Made by a program: the position numbers and the translations under genes. From assembly GCA_964342815.1 (NCBI GenBank), contig CAYFHS010000011.1, forward strand, positions 591-64,590: DNA of 64,000 nt, in the 5' to 3' direction. Shown piece after piece: positions 27,787-37,458 of this stretch (within the stretch, counting starts at the first letter, position 1; every line of letters begins with the position of its first letter). This stretch comes from an uncultured archaeon (GTDB lineage: Archaea; Thermoplasmatota; Penumbrarchaeia; JASLWR01). A model generated the notes under the pieces. It ran no database searches. It had not been told where the DNA came from and worked only from the letters and a program-made list of their open reading frames with translations.

Positions 27787-27993
27787 ATAGTCCTCTTCAT
27801 GGCATATGTCAAGAATGGATTTCGTTTACCTCTTGTTTTGCCTGAGTCTACGGAGTAGAATCGGCTTTATTCTCATAAAATGTGAGTTTCAGTGTAAGTG
27901 TTTAAATGTTGTATCAGATATCATAAGTAGAAAGAGTAACAATATGATAGAGGGCTGAATCACAGTAATTTAATATCAATTATTGGAGAGATA

Positions 27994-28512
27994 ATGGTGG
28001 AAAAACAACCTGATGAAATACATAGATCAAAAAACCGATTTAATTCATACATCCCTTTAAGCGTATTTTTTATTGGAATTTGTTTAATAATATATGTTGC
28101 TTTATTCTCCAATGCCTCAAATGAAGGAGATAATTCAATAGCCTTTTGGATTGCTATTTCGATCGCGATTCCTCTGTTAATCCTTGTAACCATGAAAGTC
28201 GTATTTCTCAACCCATCTTTTATAATAATAACAAAAAAGATGATATTTTTTCCAGATACTCTATTCAGACGAGCAACAGGTTTTGGTGGAAGATGGATAA
28301 AATATAATGAAATTGAAAAAGTTTATAAGTTTTCAAAGGATCCCCGTGAAAAGATTGGTATTTTAATAAAAGGTGAACATGGCTACCCTCTAGCATTATC
28401 ATTAAAATCTATCGAGATTCTAGAAAAAGAGGCAAGACAAAATAATATACCCATTAAAGAGAAAGATACTACATCAGGCAATTTCACAGAAATTAACTGG
28501 TTTAAAAGGTGA
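27994..28512 (+). CDS. Hypothetical membrane protein (2 TM + PH-like C-terminal domain)
   Basis: 172-aa ORF in an AT-rich segment with GGAGAG upstream. No enzymatic motif. Confidence 0.5.
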   Translation: MVEKQPDEIHRSKNRFNSYIPLSVFFIGICLIIYVALFSNASNEGDNSIAFWIAISIAIPLLILVTMKVVFLNPSFIIITKKMIFFPDTLFRRATGFGGRWIKYNEIEKVYKFSKDPREKIGILIKGEHGYPLALSLKSIEILEKEARQNNIPIKEKDTTSGNFTEINWFKR

Positions 28513-28611
28513 TTATTGTAGATCTATTACGCTGAAACCCTAACCGATAAGTAATATATACTTTCAAAATAATGGATACCACAGTGATCCATTCTACAAT
28601 TTTAAAAGTTT

Positions 28612-29097
28612 TTGAGTGTGATGGTGTTGATGCTGGCAAATGGAAAATTCATATATAAATCCAGTAAGATACATCGGTATAGTCCAATGTTCTGGACATT
28701 ATTATTAATAATTTTCTCAGGTATGTTGGTAGTAGGGGAAATTCGTATGTTAATATATGACTATTCGTGGTATTTTCGACTTTATATCTTATTTGGTTTA
28801 ATAGGTTCGCTTATTATCAGTTATGTAAAAATAATTAAGAGACCAAATTACATTGAGGTATACCCCACATATTTTAAAACTACTGTGGGACTATGGAACA
28901 AGATAATAGCAAAAAAAATTCAAAATTTTGAGTACCATTCTATGAATTTGATAAATTGGAGTCAAGGAATTGAGTATAATGTTACAATCCATTTTAATGA
29001 TGGGAGTTGCATAAGGATAATACTGAATGAAAAAGTAAAAAAAATCTTTTTCAACCTATTAAAAACAAATTACAAAACTTCAATAAAATCGCTCTAA
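28612..29097 (+). CDS. Hypothetical membrane protein (same architecture as 27994..28512)
   Basis: 161-aa ORF with a TTG start in the track (an ATG lies 9 nt downstream). 2 TM plus a small beta-rich domain. Confidence 0.45.
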   Translation: MSVMVLMLANGKFIYKSSKIHRYSPMFWTLLLIIFSGMLVVGEIRMLIYDYSWYFRLYILFGLIGSLIISYVKIIKRPNYIEVYPTYFKTTVGLWNKIIAKKIQNFEYHSMNLINWSQGIEYNVTIHFNDGSCIRIILNEKVKKIFFNLLKTNYKTSIKSL

Positions 29098-29150
29098 TGC
29101 CAATAGACGATAAAACTCACACACTCTTCTCTTCTTTATTGGTAAACGAA

Positions 29151-29220
29151 GCTAATTAGGTCATTTTGGTTTTCTCAAAAAACTAGGCACTTCATGATTT
29201 CTCCATAACGACTTGCGGGT
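29151..29220. repeat. Right arm of the imperfect inverted repeat
   Basis: GCTAATTAGGTC-(24 nt)-GCACTTCATGA...CCATAACGACTTGCGGGT is the reverse complement of the left arm with indels. Confidence 0.55.
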
Positions 29221-29466
29221 ATGCGATGATTTTACGAAATATTTATGTTGTTCCGATCCAAGAAGGCAAGAGTGGGAGGACGATTGATCCGAGCTAGTTA
29301 CTTTGTACCATCGTGATGCTCTTCCCCGTTGCTCCTCTCGGAACTAACCGGGCCGTACTTATCCCTTTCATCTATTCCTTAAGCAAGATGATACATTACC
29401 ATTCAAATTAAGTCATAGGTGGAAAAATTCCGAAATTTCATTTATGATTCCCTATTTTCGATTGAT

Positions 29467-29505
29467 GGGGGCCGACGCCCCCCTTTACTTTATTATTATT
29501 TTTTT
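29467..29505 (+). terminator. GC hairpin followed by a T-rich tract
   Basis: GGGGGC-CGAC-GCCCCC, then CTTTACTTTATTATTATTTTTTT. Lies immediately 5' of repeat copy C. Confidence 0.4.
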
Positions 29506-29509
29506 GATC

Positions 29510-29881
29510 GGACCTGCGCCCGTAGGAAACTATTGTTTCCGAGGGTGATGGAGAAACGGAGTTTCTCCGAACCCTAGCAAAATCTTTGATATTGCGTCGG
29601 GAGCAGCAACGCCGTAGGTGTTGCGTAGTCTGATTGCACACTTGCAAGCAGGTTAGGTGTGCCGAAGGTACACCGAGATGAAACGCGCGTTTCTCACGTC
29701 GCAGGTCCTCTTTCTCTTTGTTGGTGCGAGCAGGTCCAGGGTGGGTTTTCTGCAATCCTAATACTTTTTGGCATGCATCTTACAGCACACCTGCTGGAAG
29801 AAACGGGAGCGTTTGTGGAGCAAAGGCCCCAGTACTGGCCAGAGCAGCACGTATTCAAAAAGGCTTAGGTGGAAGTATCTT
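29510..29881 (+). repeat. Modular multi-hairpin element, copy C (longest, composite)
   Basis: GGACCTGCGCCCGTAGG-GGAAAC/GTTTCC hairpin-CCGAGGGTG-GGAGAAAC/GTTTCTCC hairpin...GCAGCAAC..GTTGCGTAG...CGCAGGTCCTCTTT (29700-29713). Second GCAGGTCC at 29730-29737. GTGGAAGTATCTT at 29869-29881. Confidence 0.7.
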
Positions 29882-30072
29882 ATGTTGGCACAGCATCAAA
29901 AGGATGTCGATAAAAAAGGAAGAAGGAAGAATATACCAAAGTATATAATATAAGAGGATTATTAATCTGCATTAGCCGTTCGCCGCGCAGCATTATTCAT
30001 AATGTTAGCTGTGTATTGATTCGGCTGTATCTGCGCTCTCTTCATTGCTACCAAAAAGCAGAGGTTGAGGTT

Positions 30073-33000
30073 ATGAAAACATCGAAGCTTTCCCGCTCAT
30101 TCCCGCTTACCAGATTCAAGGAATATGAGGGCCTGTCCCATTCAAGAACAGGAATCCGGAAGTCCGTTTCCACTTTTTCCATATTATTCATACTGGTCTC
30201 CATGATATCTTTTTCAGTGAGTTCCGAATTGAACCCGCCCGAAGATGATGGAACAGGAACCGACTTAACTCCAGGTGACGGGATATTCACCACAGAGGCG
30301 TTATGGGATATCGAAGATGGAGATAGTGTGGAATATTCCAATATGAAAATATTGACCAACGGTTCTCTCGCTGTACGTGGTGGGGCGACATTGAACCTTA
30401 CCAATGTAACTCTGTTCATGGGCACGAACGTATCGGCCAAACCCATTATCGATGTTTTCAATCAAGGGGAACTGAACCTGATCAATTGTACCATCGCTCC
30501 AGCTCCGACCCGTTTTGCCTATAACGGGGGGTATGCATTCAGGTGGCGGCCAGGTTCTCGCGGTTCTGTCATGGGTACCAAAGTATATGGTGTGAATACC
30601 TCGTACGGAGTTGGTTTACATGGAATGCTCATTCAATCGTCCAACTTAAGAATAGAAAACTCCACCTTCAATTCATCTCAAACCGGTATCACAATAATAA
30701 GCTGCTCACCGGTTATAAAATACAGCAATTTTCACGACAACGGCATTGGCCTCTCAATATTAGCAACCTCTACACGGATGTCCGTGATGGACTGCAATAT
30801 CTACGATAATACCATAGGCGTGTATGCGATTGGGGCTTCAAATGTCCTATTCGAACTGGCGACGATCTACGATAATGTGGAAGGGATTCAGTGTCTGAAC
30901 ACAAATTTCCTTGCGAGGTATCCAACCTTTTTGGATTGCACGATCCGGGATAACGAAAAATACGGAATCAATATCACAAATTCCCGCCTCCTCGTCAGCA
31001 ATTCTCAGATATCCAATAGCGGGGTGGCCCTGAAGGCGGAAAGCTGTACGGGAGCTGTATCTCCCACCATAAACGGCTCCACCATTGATGGTTGTGACGA
31101 GGTTTTATCTTTAAATCAATCCAGTGCCGTGATAACAAGTTCCACCTTCAGAACCGCCAATACCTATATTTCCGCCTCCAACAGCTCCATATTTGATATT
31201 AGCGGCCTAATCATACAGGGCGGCGGCCTCGGTGCAAGCAACGGATTTCTCATGGACGGCTCTCGGGGGGATCTTGAAAGCTGCAGCATCGGGCCGTTAA
31301 CGAACTCCATTATTTCCGACGATTCCACATTTATATGCAAGAATACGACCATTGCCACTCCAGTGGAGATGTTTCTGGATGTCGAAACATCGGACCTTAC
31401 CTTGTTGAACACTACCACATATCCTGACAAGGTAAATATAGACGATGCATCCAGTGTTATCGAAGGTGGTTTTCACGATATTCATATAGTTAAAAAGAAT
31501 GGGGCCAATATTAGCTGGCAGACCTTTGAGATCAGCTCGCTTACCTATACTAAAGAATTCACAGTGGATTATGACGGATTTGTAAGGGACGTCTCTTTGG
31601 CCCACGGCCGGATCGCCAATGACAGTGTGAACTCATCCTACGGAAAGAACACTATCAGAACCACTTATTACGGTAGAGAAAATATTCATGAGGTCTTCGC
31701 AGTGGAGAATACGAAAATAATAGAGGTACGGCTAAATGCAGCTCCGGAGGCCGAGTCGATAGTGCTTGTACCCTCTTCCCCGCTAACGGAGGATACGCTT
31801 GAAGCAAATTGGACATTCTCCGACAGGGATGAGTTTGATGTGGAAATGAACCGGACGCTGACATGGTTCATGAATGGAAATCGACAGGCGGAGCTGGACA
31901 ATATCACAATGGTAGCCCCTTCCTTTACTACCAAGGAGCAGGAATGGTATTTTACTTTGTCAGTGTCTGACGGTGAGTTCTGGAGCGATGTTTATGTTTC
32001 CGGCAAGGCGCTTGTGGAAAACACGCCTCCGCTTCTGGATGATATTGAGGACATCGACATCTACCAGGGTGACAAACTGGTCATACCTGTTAATGTCCGT
32101 GATCCTGATGACGATGGGCTCGATGTAGTACTCATTAGTGATGCACAAGGTGCCGTGTTGACGCATGATGACAGCAGAATTGTATTTTCCCCCACCATTC
32201 ATCAGGTACGGACGTTCCATTTCGAACTACGGGTCTCGGACGACACTCAATGGGTAAATACGACCTTCAACGTAACTGTGCAGCCGCGCTCGACATTGGG
32301 GACCGTCACATTCGTAGCAATGGGCCCGTCCGGCCCGTTGACGAACGTGAATATTTCAAGAGGGCCCGTTCATTTGACAACCAACGAAACCGGTGTAGTG
32401 ACTTTCAAGAGCATTTACGAGGGGATCAATAACTTTGGGATATGGAAAAAGGGATACTGGGCAATAGATCACGAGGTGATGATAGAGGGGGGCACTACAA
32501 TAATAGAGAACATTACCCTTCTTCCGATGCCATCAACTGAGTTCAGCCTTATAGTGCAGGACAGTTTGAATAATTTCGTGACAGAGACGAATGTGACCCT
32601 GAAGTTTCTATCATTCGAAGTTCCCGGTATTATAATACCCCCGGCCGCCAATGCAAGTTTATGGACGGCACAATATGAAGGCCAGGGATGGTATGAAACG
32701 GGTCCCGCAGGTACCATTGAAATCCCTGACCTCGCCGCGGGGAAATATTTGATCACTTTAAGGAAAGAAGGATATGATACATACAGGACGACCCTTTATA
32801 TCAATGATACCAACACGACGGTTATAACAATTCCTCTTATCAAGGATATCGAAAGAAAGATCGGATACGTGGAAGGGAGGGTAATACTGCCTTCAGGGAA
32901 ACAGGAGGGGGGTGTGGAAATTGAATTCCAGGTCAAGGACTTATTCTATAGCACAAAAACAGATGAGAATGGCTTTTACGAGATCATATTGCCCAAGGGA

Positions 33001-33678
33001 GAGTATGATGTAAGGGTGATAGAGGACGGATACAGGACTTATATCGACGAGATAATCGTACTTCCAAATGAGAATGTGGTCCGGGACATCGAACTTGAGA
33101 CCTTGGAGACCGGGGTGGATGATGATGGAAGTCGCTTCGAGGTAGGATTAGTAGTATTCATATTGACAGGGATCGTCAACCTGCTGATCGCACTGTATTT
33201 CATCACGTTCCACAAGAAGAAAGTGATAAAATCCGCAGACGAGATCATCGCCGCCGAAGAAGAAAGCAGAAGGTTTGCCAAGGAGAAGCGGGATAATGAA
33301 TACCGCAAAAAGATTTACAGTTTCCTGGATAAGGAGAAACCTTTGGAGTCACTTGCGAAGCTGGGTGCGGAATTGGAAAAACAGAAGAAAGAAATGGCCA
33401 TTCTTGATGAGATTATCGAGAAGGGGCGGTATGTGGATGAAGCTGAAGATTTTGTTCATACTGGATACGGGGCCGTGTTCAAGGAGTACTTGGAAAGCTC
33501 GGATATAGAATTCATCGATGATGCCGTGGAGTGGGGCTGGGGTGAAGGGACGCCCGATGAGAAGGAAGACGAAGAATTCGAACTTGGAATCGATGAAGAT
33601 ATGTTCGACGAATACGGGCAGAGAATCAGTCACGTTGAGGAAAAGGATGAGGACGAAGCTTTCAACTGGGCTAGTTGA
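30073..33678 (+). CDS. Giant surface protein: parallel beta-helix repeats + carboxypeptidase-regulatory-like domains, C-terminal TM anchor, acidic cytoplasmic tail
   Basis: ORF 30016..33678; first ATG 30073 (MKTSKLSRSF, then a signal anchor). PbH1-like repeats (NSTFNSSQTGITIISCSPVIKYSNFHDNGIGLSI...). CarboxypepD_reg-like GYVEGRVILPSG...TDENGFYEIILPKGEYDVRV. TM VGLVVFILTGIVNLLIALYFITF. Confidence 0.8.
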   Translation: MKTSKLSRSFPLTRFKEYEGLSHSRTGIRKSVSTFSILFILVSMISFSVSSELNPPEDDGTGTDLTPGDGIFTTEALWDIEDGDSVEYSNMKILTNGSLAVRGGATLNLTNVTLFMGTNVSAKPIIDVFNQGELNLINCTIAPAPTRFAYNGGYAFRWRPGSRGSVMGTKVYGVNTSYGVGLHGMLIQSSNLRIENSTFNSSQTGITIISCSPVIKYSNFHDNGIGLSILATSTRMSVMDCNIYDNTIGVYAIGASNVLFELATIYDNVEGIQCLNTNFLARYPTFLDCTIRDNEKYGINITNSRLLVSNSQISNSGVALKAESCTGAVSPTINGSTIDGCDEVLSLNQSSAVITSSTFRTANTYISASNSSIFDISGLIIQGGGLGASNGFLMDGSRGDLESCSIGPLTNSIISDDSTFICKNTTIATPVEMFLDVETSDLTLLNTTTYPDKVNIDDASSVIEGGFHDIHIVKKNGANISWQTFEISSLTYTKEFTVDYDGFVRDVSLAHGRIANDSVNSSYGKNTIRTTYYGRENIHEVFAVENTKIIEVRLNAAPEAESIVLVPSSPLTEDTLEANWTFSDRDEFDVEMNRTLTWFMNGNRQAELDNITMVAPSFTTKEQEWYFTLSVSDGEFWSDVYVSGKALVENTPPLLDDIEDIDIYQGDKLVIPVNVRDPDDDGLDVVLISDAQGAVLTHDDSRIVFSPTIHQVRTFHFELRVSDDTQWVNTTFNVTVQPRSTLGTVTFVAMGPSGPLTNVNISRGPVHLTTNETGVVTFKSIYEGINNFGIWKKGYWAIDHEVMIEGGTTIIENITLLPMPSTEFSLIVQDSLNNFVTETNVTLKFLSFEVPGIIIPPAANASLWTAQYEGQGWYETGPAGTIEIPDLAAGKYLITLRKEGYDTYRTTLYINDTNTTVITIPLIKDIERKIGYVEGRVILPSGKQEGGVEIEFQVKDLFYSTKTDENGFYEIILPKGEYDVRVIEDGYRTYIDEIIVLPNENVVRDIELETLETGVDDDGSRFEVGLVVFILTGIVNLLIALYFITFHKKKVIKSADEIIAAEEESRRFAKEKRDNEYRKKIYSFLDKEKPLESLAKLGAELEKQKKEMAILDEIIEKGRYVDEAEDFVHTGYGAVFKEYLESSDIEFIDDAVEWGWGEGTPDEKEDEEFELGIDEDMFDEYGQRISHVEEKDEDEAFNWAS

Positions 33679-33706
33679 GGTTTTATCGTAAATCTGAGGT
33701 TTTTAG

Positions 33707-35827
33707 ATGGGTAAGGTTTTGAAGTCCGCATACAGGAAACCAGTTACACCCGGCGGGCTGAAAAAGATCGAAGAAGGCACTTTGAGGTCTCTCGATCCCG
33801 AGATGTTCGCGAATTTCAATACGGGTGTTTGCGAACAGTACCTGGAAGAAGAGAACCGGAAGAACAGCTTCGTAATTTCCAAGTGGAACTGGAAAATGGT
33901 CATAATATCCATCATCATCGGTTCTCTCTTCGCCATGATAAACCAGTATGTGGGTCTCAAGGTTGGGATGGTGGTCAGCGGTTCCTGGTACGTTATTTAC
34001 CTTTTGGGTCTTGCACTCAAGTGGGATCCTCCCCAGCTCAATATCGCCGCCACAGCAGGCAACGGGGCCGCCATGATATGTGTGGGCTTCGTGTTCTCGT
34101 TCCCGGCGATATATCTACTTGCCATGTCTCCCACCTACGAGAAGACGGGAGGTGGGTTCCTGACTTATGTTCCCTCGACAGGATTGCTTTTCGCGGCTTT
34201 TCTTGCCACTGTTATCGCGGGTTTGCTGGGAATTTTCTACTTCATTATTTTCAGACGAATATGGTTAGTCGAAGACCCACTTCCCACGCCATCATTCGAG
34301 GGATTCGTACAATTAATGAGCATAGCCAAGGACGTGACTAGCGGGGCGAAGGACCAGGCAATGAGATCCATAAAAACGGTCACCGTGTGGATCGGGGGAA
34401 CCATGGTCTTGACCTTTATCAAGGATTTCCCTCTATTCAAGACCGCTGGCGCCGGGAGAGAACCCCTTCTGGACAGTATTTTCGGGGGCAGTTTCTATAA
34501 TCACGGCGACCTGACCCTGCCCGCCACCACGCCAGTCCTGGGGAAATACACCGTTGTCAATTTCAGCCTGATGCCCATCCAGTTCGGTATAGGATGGTTC
34601 ATGAAATTCAAAACGGCCCTGATCATATCAATGGGAACCCTGGTTTCATGGCTTATAATCATACCGGTTGCGGTGTTGTTCGATCTTCCCGTCTATATAC
34701 CAACTCTGGACAATATGGTGAACCTTTCGAGCTTCCCCATCGAAGGCATTTCGGGGGCCGCAATGATCGCACCAGAAGCAGCGAATGTGAACATTGCCAA
34801 GGTGATAGCCATCGGAGCCATCCTGGGAGGCGGTTTCACGGGCCTCATAAAGATGGCGCCGGTTTTCAAGACCGCAACGGCGGATCTTTTCAAGACCAAA
34901 GGTGACGAAACGGTACAGAAGGATTTCGTACCCAACAGGGGATGGTACGAGTGGCCAGTGTCCCACATCAAGATAATGGTTATAGTCACCTTTTTTTCCG
35001 TCTTTCTGATATTCGGTCTGTCCAGCGGGTACTGGTTGAACTCTTTCTTTCTGTCGCTTCTGCTGGTGAGCACGACCTTCTTTATCGGCGCCATAGCGGT
35101 GAAGGTTATGGGAGAATGCGGTACGGAGCCGGTATCGGCAACTTCATTCATCGTCCTCATGCTGATCGTGTTCACTTTCAAGCTTTTAAACCTACTGCAT
35201 CTCACGGATACCAGTAATGAAACAATCGTTCTTCTCTCAATAATCGGCGTTACCGTCTTTGGCGGCGCCATATCAATGAGCGGCGATATAATTCTGATGT
35301 TCAAGGTGGGAGGATATGTCGGGAACCGTCCATTTCATCTGGTGAAGGCAGTGACCCTGGGGATTCTTCCAGGGGCGGCCATAGCGGCATTCTTTGCCGT
35401 TCTCTTCTCGAGAGGTCTGGCACTACCCGTTGACCATCCCGCTCATCTCGATCTTCTTGCACCGCAGGCGAACGCCTTTGCCAAGTTCGTCCAGGTCCTT
35501 ATATCGGGGAACGTTTCATGGTGGCTGCTGCTGTTGGGGGTCCTAATAGGAATTTTCGTGGAGCTTCTCATTGGAATGGGAACGGCTTTCGGGCTTGGGA
35601 TGTACTTTCCTCTGGGACTGGGTCTAATACTTCTCGTGGGAGGGGGGGCTAGGGATCTCTGGGAAAAATATTATCTGGAACCAAAGGCCAAGGAGTTGGG
35701 GTGGGGCGACAGGGAAAAGACACTTGCTCTTCTGCAGAGTTACATGATGGCAACTGGCCTCATCGTGGGCGAGGCGTTGATGGGCACCATAGTCGCGCTT
35801 TATCTTGTTTTCCCACTGGTGATGTAA
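33707..35827 (+). CDS. OPT-family oligopeptide transporter
   Basis: 706 aa and polytopic (about 16 hydrophobic segments). Typical OPT N-terminal pattern (SIIIGSLFAMINQYVGLKVGM). Lies 29 nt after the beta-helix gene. Confidence 0.85.
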   Translation: MGKVLKSAYRKPVTPGGLKKIEEGTLRSLDPEMFANFNTGVCEQYLEEENRKNSFVISKWNWKMVIISIIIGSLFAMINQYVGLKVGMVVSGSWYVIYLLGLALKWDPPQLNIAATAGNGAAMICVGFVFSFPAIYLLAMSPTYEKTGGGFLTYVPSTGLLFAAFLATVIAGLLGIFYFIIFRRIWLVEDPLPTPSFEGFVQLMSIAKDVTSGAKDQAMRSIKTVTVWIGGTMVLTFIKDFPLFKTAGAGREPLLDSIFGGSFYNHGDLTLPATTPVLGKYTVVNFSLMPIQFGIGWFMKFKTALIISMGTLVSWLIIIPVAVLFDLPVYIPTLDNMVNLSSFPIEGISGAAMIAPEAANVNIAKVIAIGAILGGGFTGLIKMAPVFKTATADLFKTKGDETVQKDFVPNRGWYEWPVSHIKIMVIVTFFSVFLIFGLSSGYWLNSFFLSLLLVSTTFFIGAIAVKVMGECGTEPVSATSFIVLMLIVFTFKLLNLLHLTDTSNETIVLLSIIGVTVFGGAISMSGDIILMFKVGGYVGNRPFHLVKAVTLGILPGAAIAAFFAVLFSRGLALPVDHPAHLDLLAPQANAFAKFVQVLISGNVSWWLLLLGVLIGIFVELLIGMGTAFGLGMYFPLGLGLILLVGGGARDLWEKYYLEPKAKELGWGDREKTLALLQSYMMATGLIVGEALMGTIVALYLVFPLVM

Positions 35828-35849
35828 TATTTTATCGAGTTTTTTCGAA

Positions 35850-36119
35850 CTATCTTCTTTTTACGCTTCTATAGACGTAAATTAGCGTCCCTATCAATAA
35901 AAGAATACCGATGCCGATAAATATATATGAGAGAGATATGGAATCTTCTTTAGTCTCTTCTTTTGTGGCAGTTGGTGCGAGACTATTGTCTTTAGGATTC
36001 GAAAGCTCCGGCGATATCTCCTGGCCCGCAGCTACAAAGGATACGCTGACCAGCTGCAAGGCAAATACCATAAATACCAGGGGAAGCCAGATTTTTCGTG
36101 TTTTGATCCAATATCTCAT
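35850..36119 (-). CDS. Small secreted/anchored protein (signal peptide + C-terminal TM + RSVKRR)
   Basis: 89-aa ORF with hydrophobic N- and C-termini and a T/E/K-rich linker. Confidence 0.4.
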   Translation of the reverse strand: MRYWIKTRKIWLPLVFMVFALQLVSVSFVAAGQEISPELSNPKDNSLAPTATKEETKEDSISLSYIFIGIGILLLIGTLIYVYRSVKRR

Positions 36120-36312
36120 TTACTTCACCCCTAATTATTTATTGTCCGGAGAATTATTTATATAAATTGGTAGGAACGTGAAAGTGAAACGGTGAAGTTT
36201 TGTGCAGAAATATATGGTGCAATCTCACGGTCGGTCTAGATCGATAGAATGAGGACGGGCGGTTTATATTAAATTTTCATGAAGTAAAGTTGAAACAAAT
36301 CGAAGCATATAT

Positions 36313-37260
36313 TTACTTTCTTGATTCATCTTTATGTTGAATCATTTTTTCTTTTTTTCTATCCCTATTATACAAAACAATTGATAATATGATGAGTAAA
36401 ACAATAAGCGAACTGCCACATGAAACAACAGCAAATACTGGACGATCTACAGCTAGATTATACAATGATTCTTTAAAACTTTTCTCAGAAGGTTTCGTCC
36501 ATAAAATTGAAATCGCCTTATTTCTAAATGTCCAATTTTCATATGTTATCGACACTATGACATATCCTCCTTTATGTTCGGTTTCAAATTCTCTGTTCTC
36601 TGTAATTCCATAATGTTTATAATCTTCTCCAAATGCCTCAACATATCCATATTCATCTTCAGGAATTCTAAAGATAAATGTTGCAGATTCAATATTATGG
36701 TGCCAATAAACTGAAGTTCCTACCAGATATGAAAAACTTGTTGATCGATAATTCCTTTTATATTTTGTAATAATCGTCATTGATTCATTACCTGGAATTG
36801 TTATTGTAAAAAAAATGGCATCCAATGATTTTGCCCAATTTTGATACCCAGTATCTCTATTTTCTGGAGATATTTCTATATCAAATGGGCAAACGACCCA
36901 AGAATATGATAATACCGATTGATTCATATACAGTTCCAAATTAGAAGGCCTTGAATAAAAAGGCAAAAGAATAGATAATGTAGTACTAGTAAAATTATCA
37001 TTAGCAAAGGTATAAGATGCTTCGACATATGCTTTCTTAGCAATAGTTACATCAATTATTTCAGATTGCAAATAAACGGAAGTATTTTCATATGGGAGCG
37101 GTCCGAAATTATTCCCATCATCATCAGAGTATGGCACCGGATTAGCAAGTGAAATATCACTAAATACCGGGTGAAATATGCTAAAAAGGAACAATAATAC
37201 CATGGAGTTTGTAAGCATAATTTGTTTTTTCCTACCAAATAAGGAATGATTATCATTCAT
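36313..37260 (-). CDS. Hypothetical surface protein with C-terminal TM anchor
   Basis: 315-aa ORF in an AT-rich patch. Signal anchor, N-glycosylation-sequon-rich ectodomain, TM FAVVSCGSSLIVLLIILSIVLY, basic tail. Confidence 0.5.
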   Translation of the reverse strand: MNDNHSLFGRKKQIMLTNSMVLLFLFSIFHPVFSDISLANPVPYSDDDGNNFGPLPYENTSVYLQSEIIDVTIAKKAYVEASYTFANDNFTSTTLSILLPFYSRPSNLELYMNQSVLSYSWVVCPFDIEISPENRDTGYQNWAKSLDAIFFTITIPGNESMTIITKYKRNYRSTSFSYLVGTSVYWHHNIESATFIFRIPEDEYGYVEAFGEDYKHYGITENREFETEHKGGYVIVSITYENWTFRNKAISILWTKPSEKSFKESLYNLAVDRPVFAVVSCGSSLIVLLIILSIVLYNRDRKKEKMIQHKDESRK

Positions 37261-37458
37261 AATTGATTACCTCTTGATAATAATCAAGGGAATTTTGTAG
37301 GTTTTTGTGGTATATTATAATAAATACAATCTTTCTGTTTTATTAAAATTTTGTTCTGATTACATCCAATTTATACTGTAATGAATATTCAAGAAAAAAA
37401 TCGTAATAAATATACAATTATCCTCATTTTCCTCAAAATAGCCTTAACCCAAGATTTC

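Noticed and set aside
29595-29612. SRP-RNA-like GGGAGCAGC motif inside repeat copy C
   Set aside because: The element is multi-copy, and the rest of the SRP helix-8 and Alu-domain features are missing.
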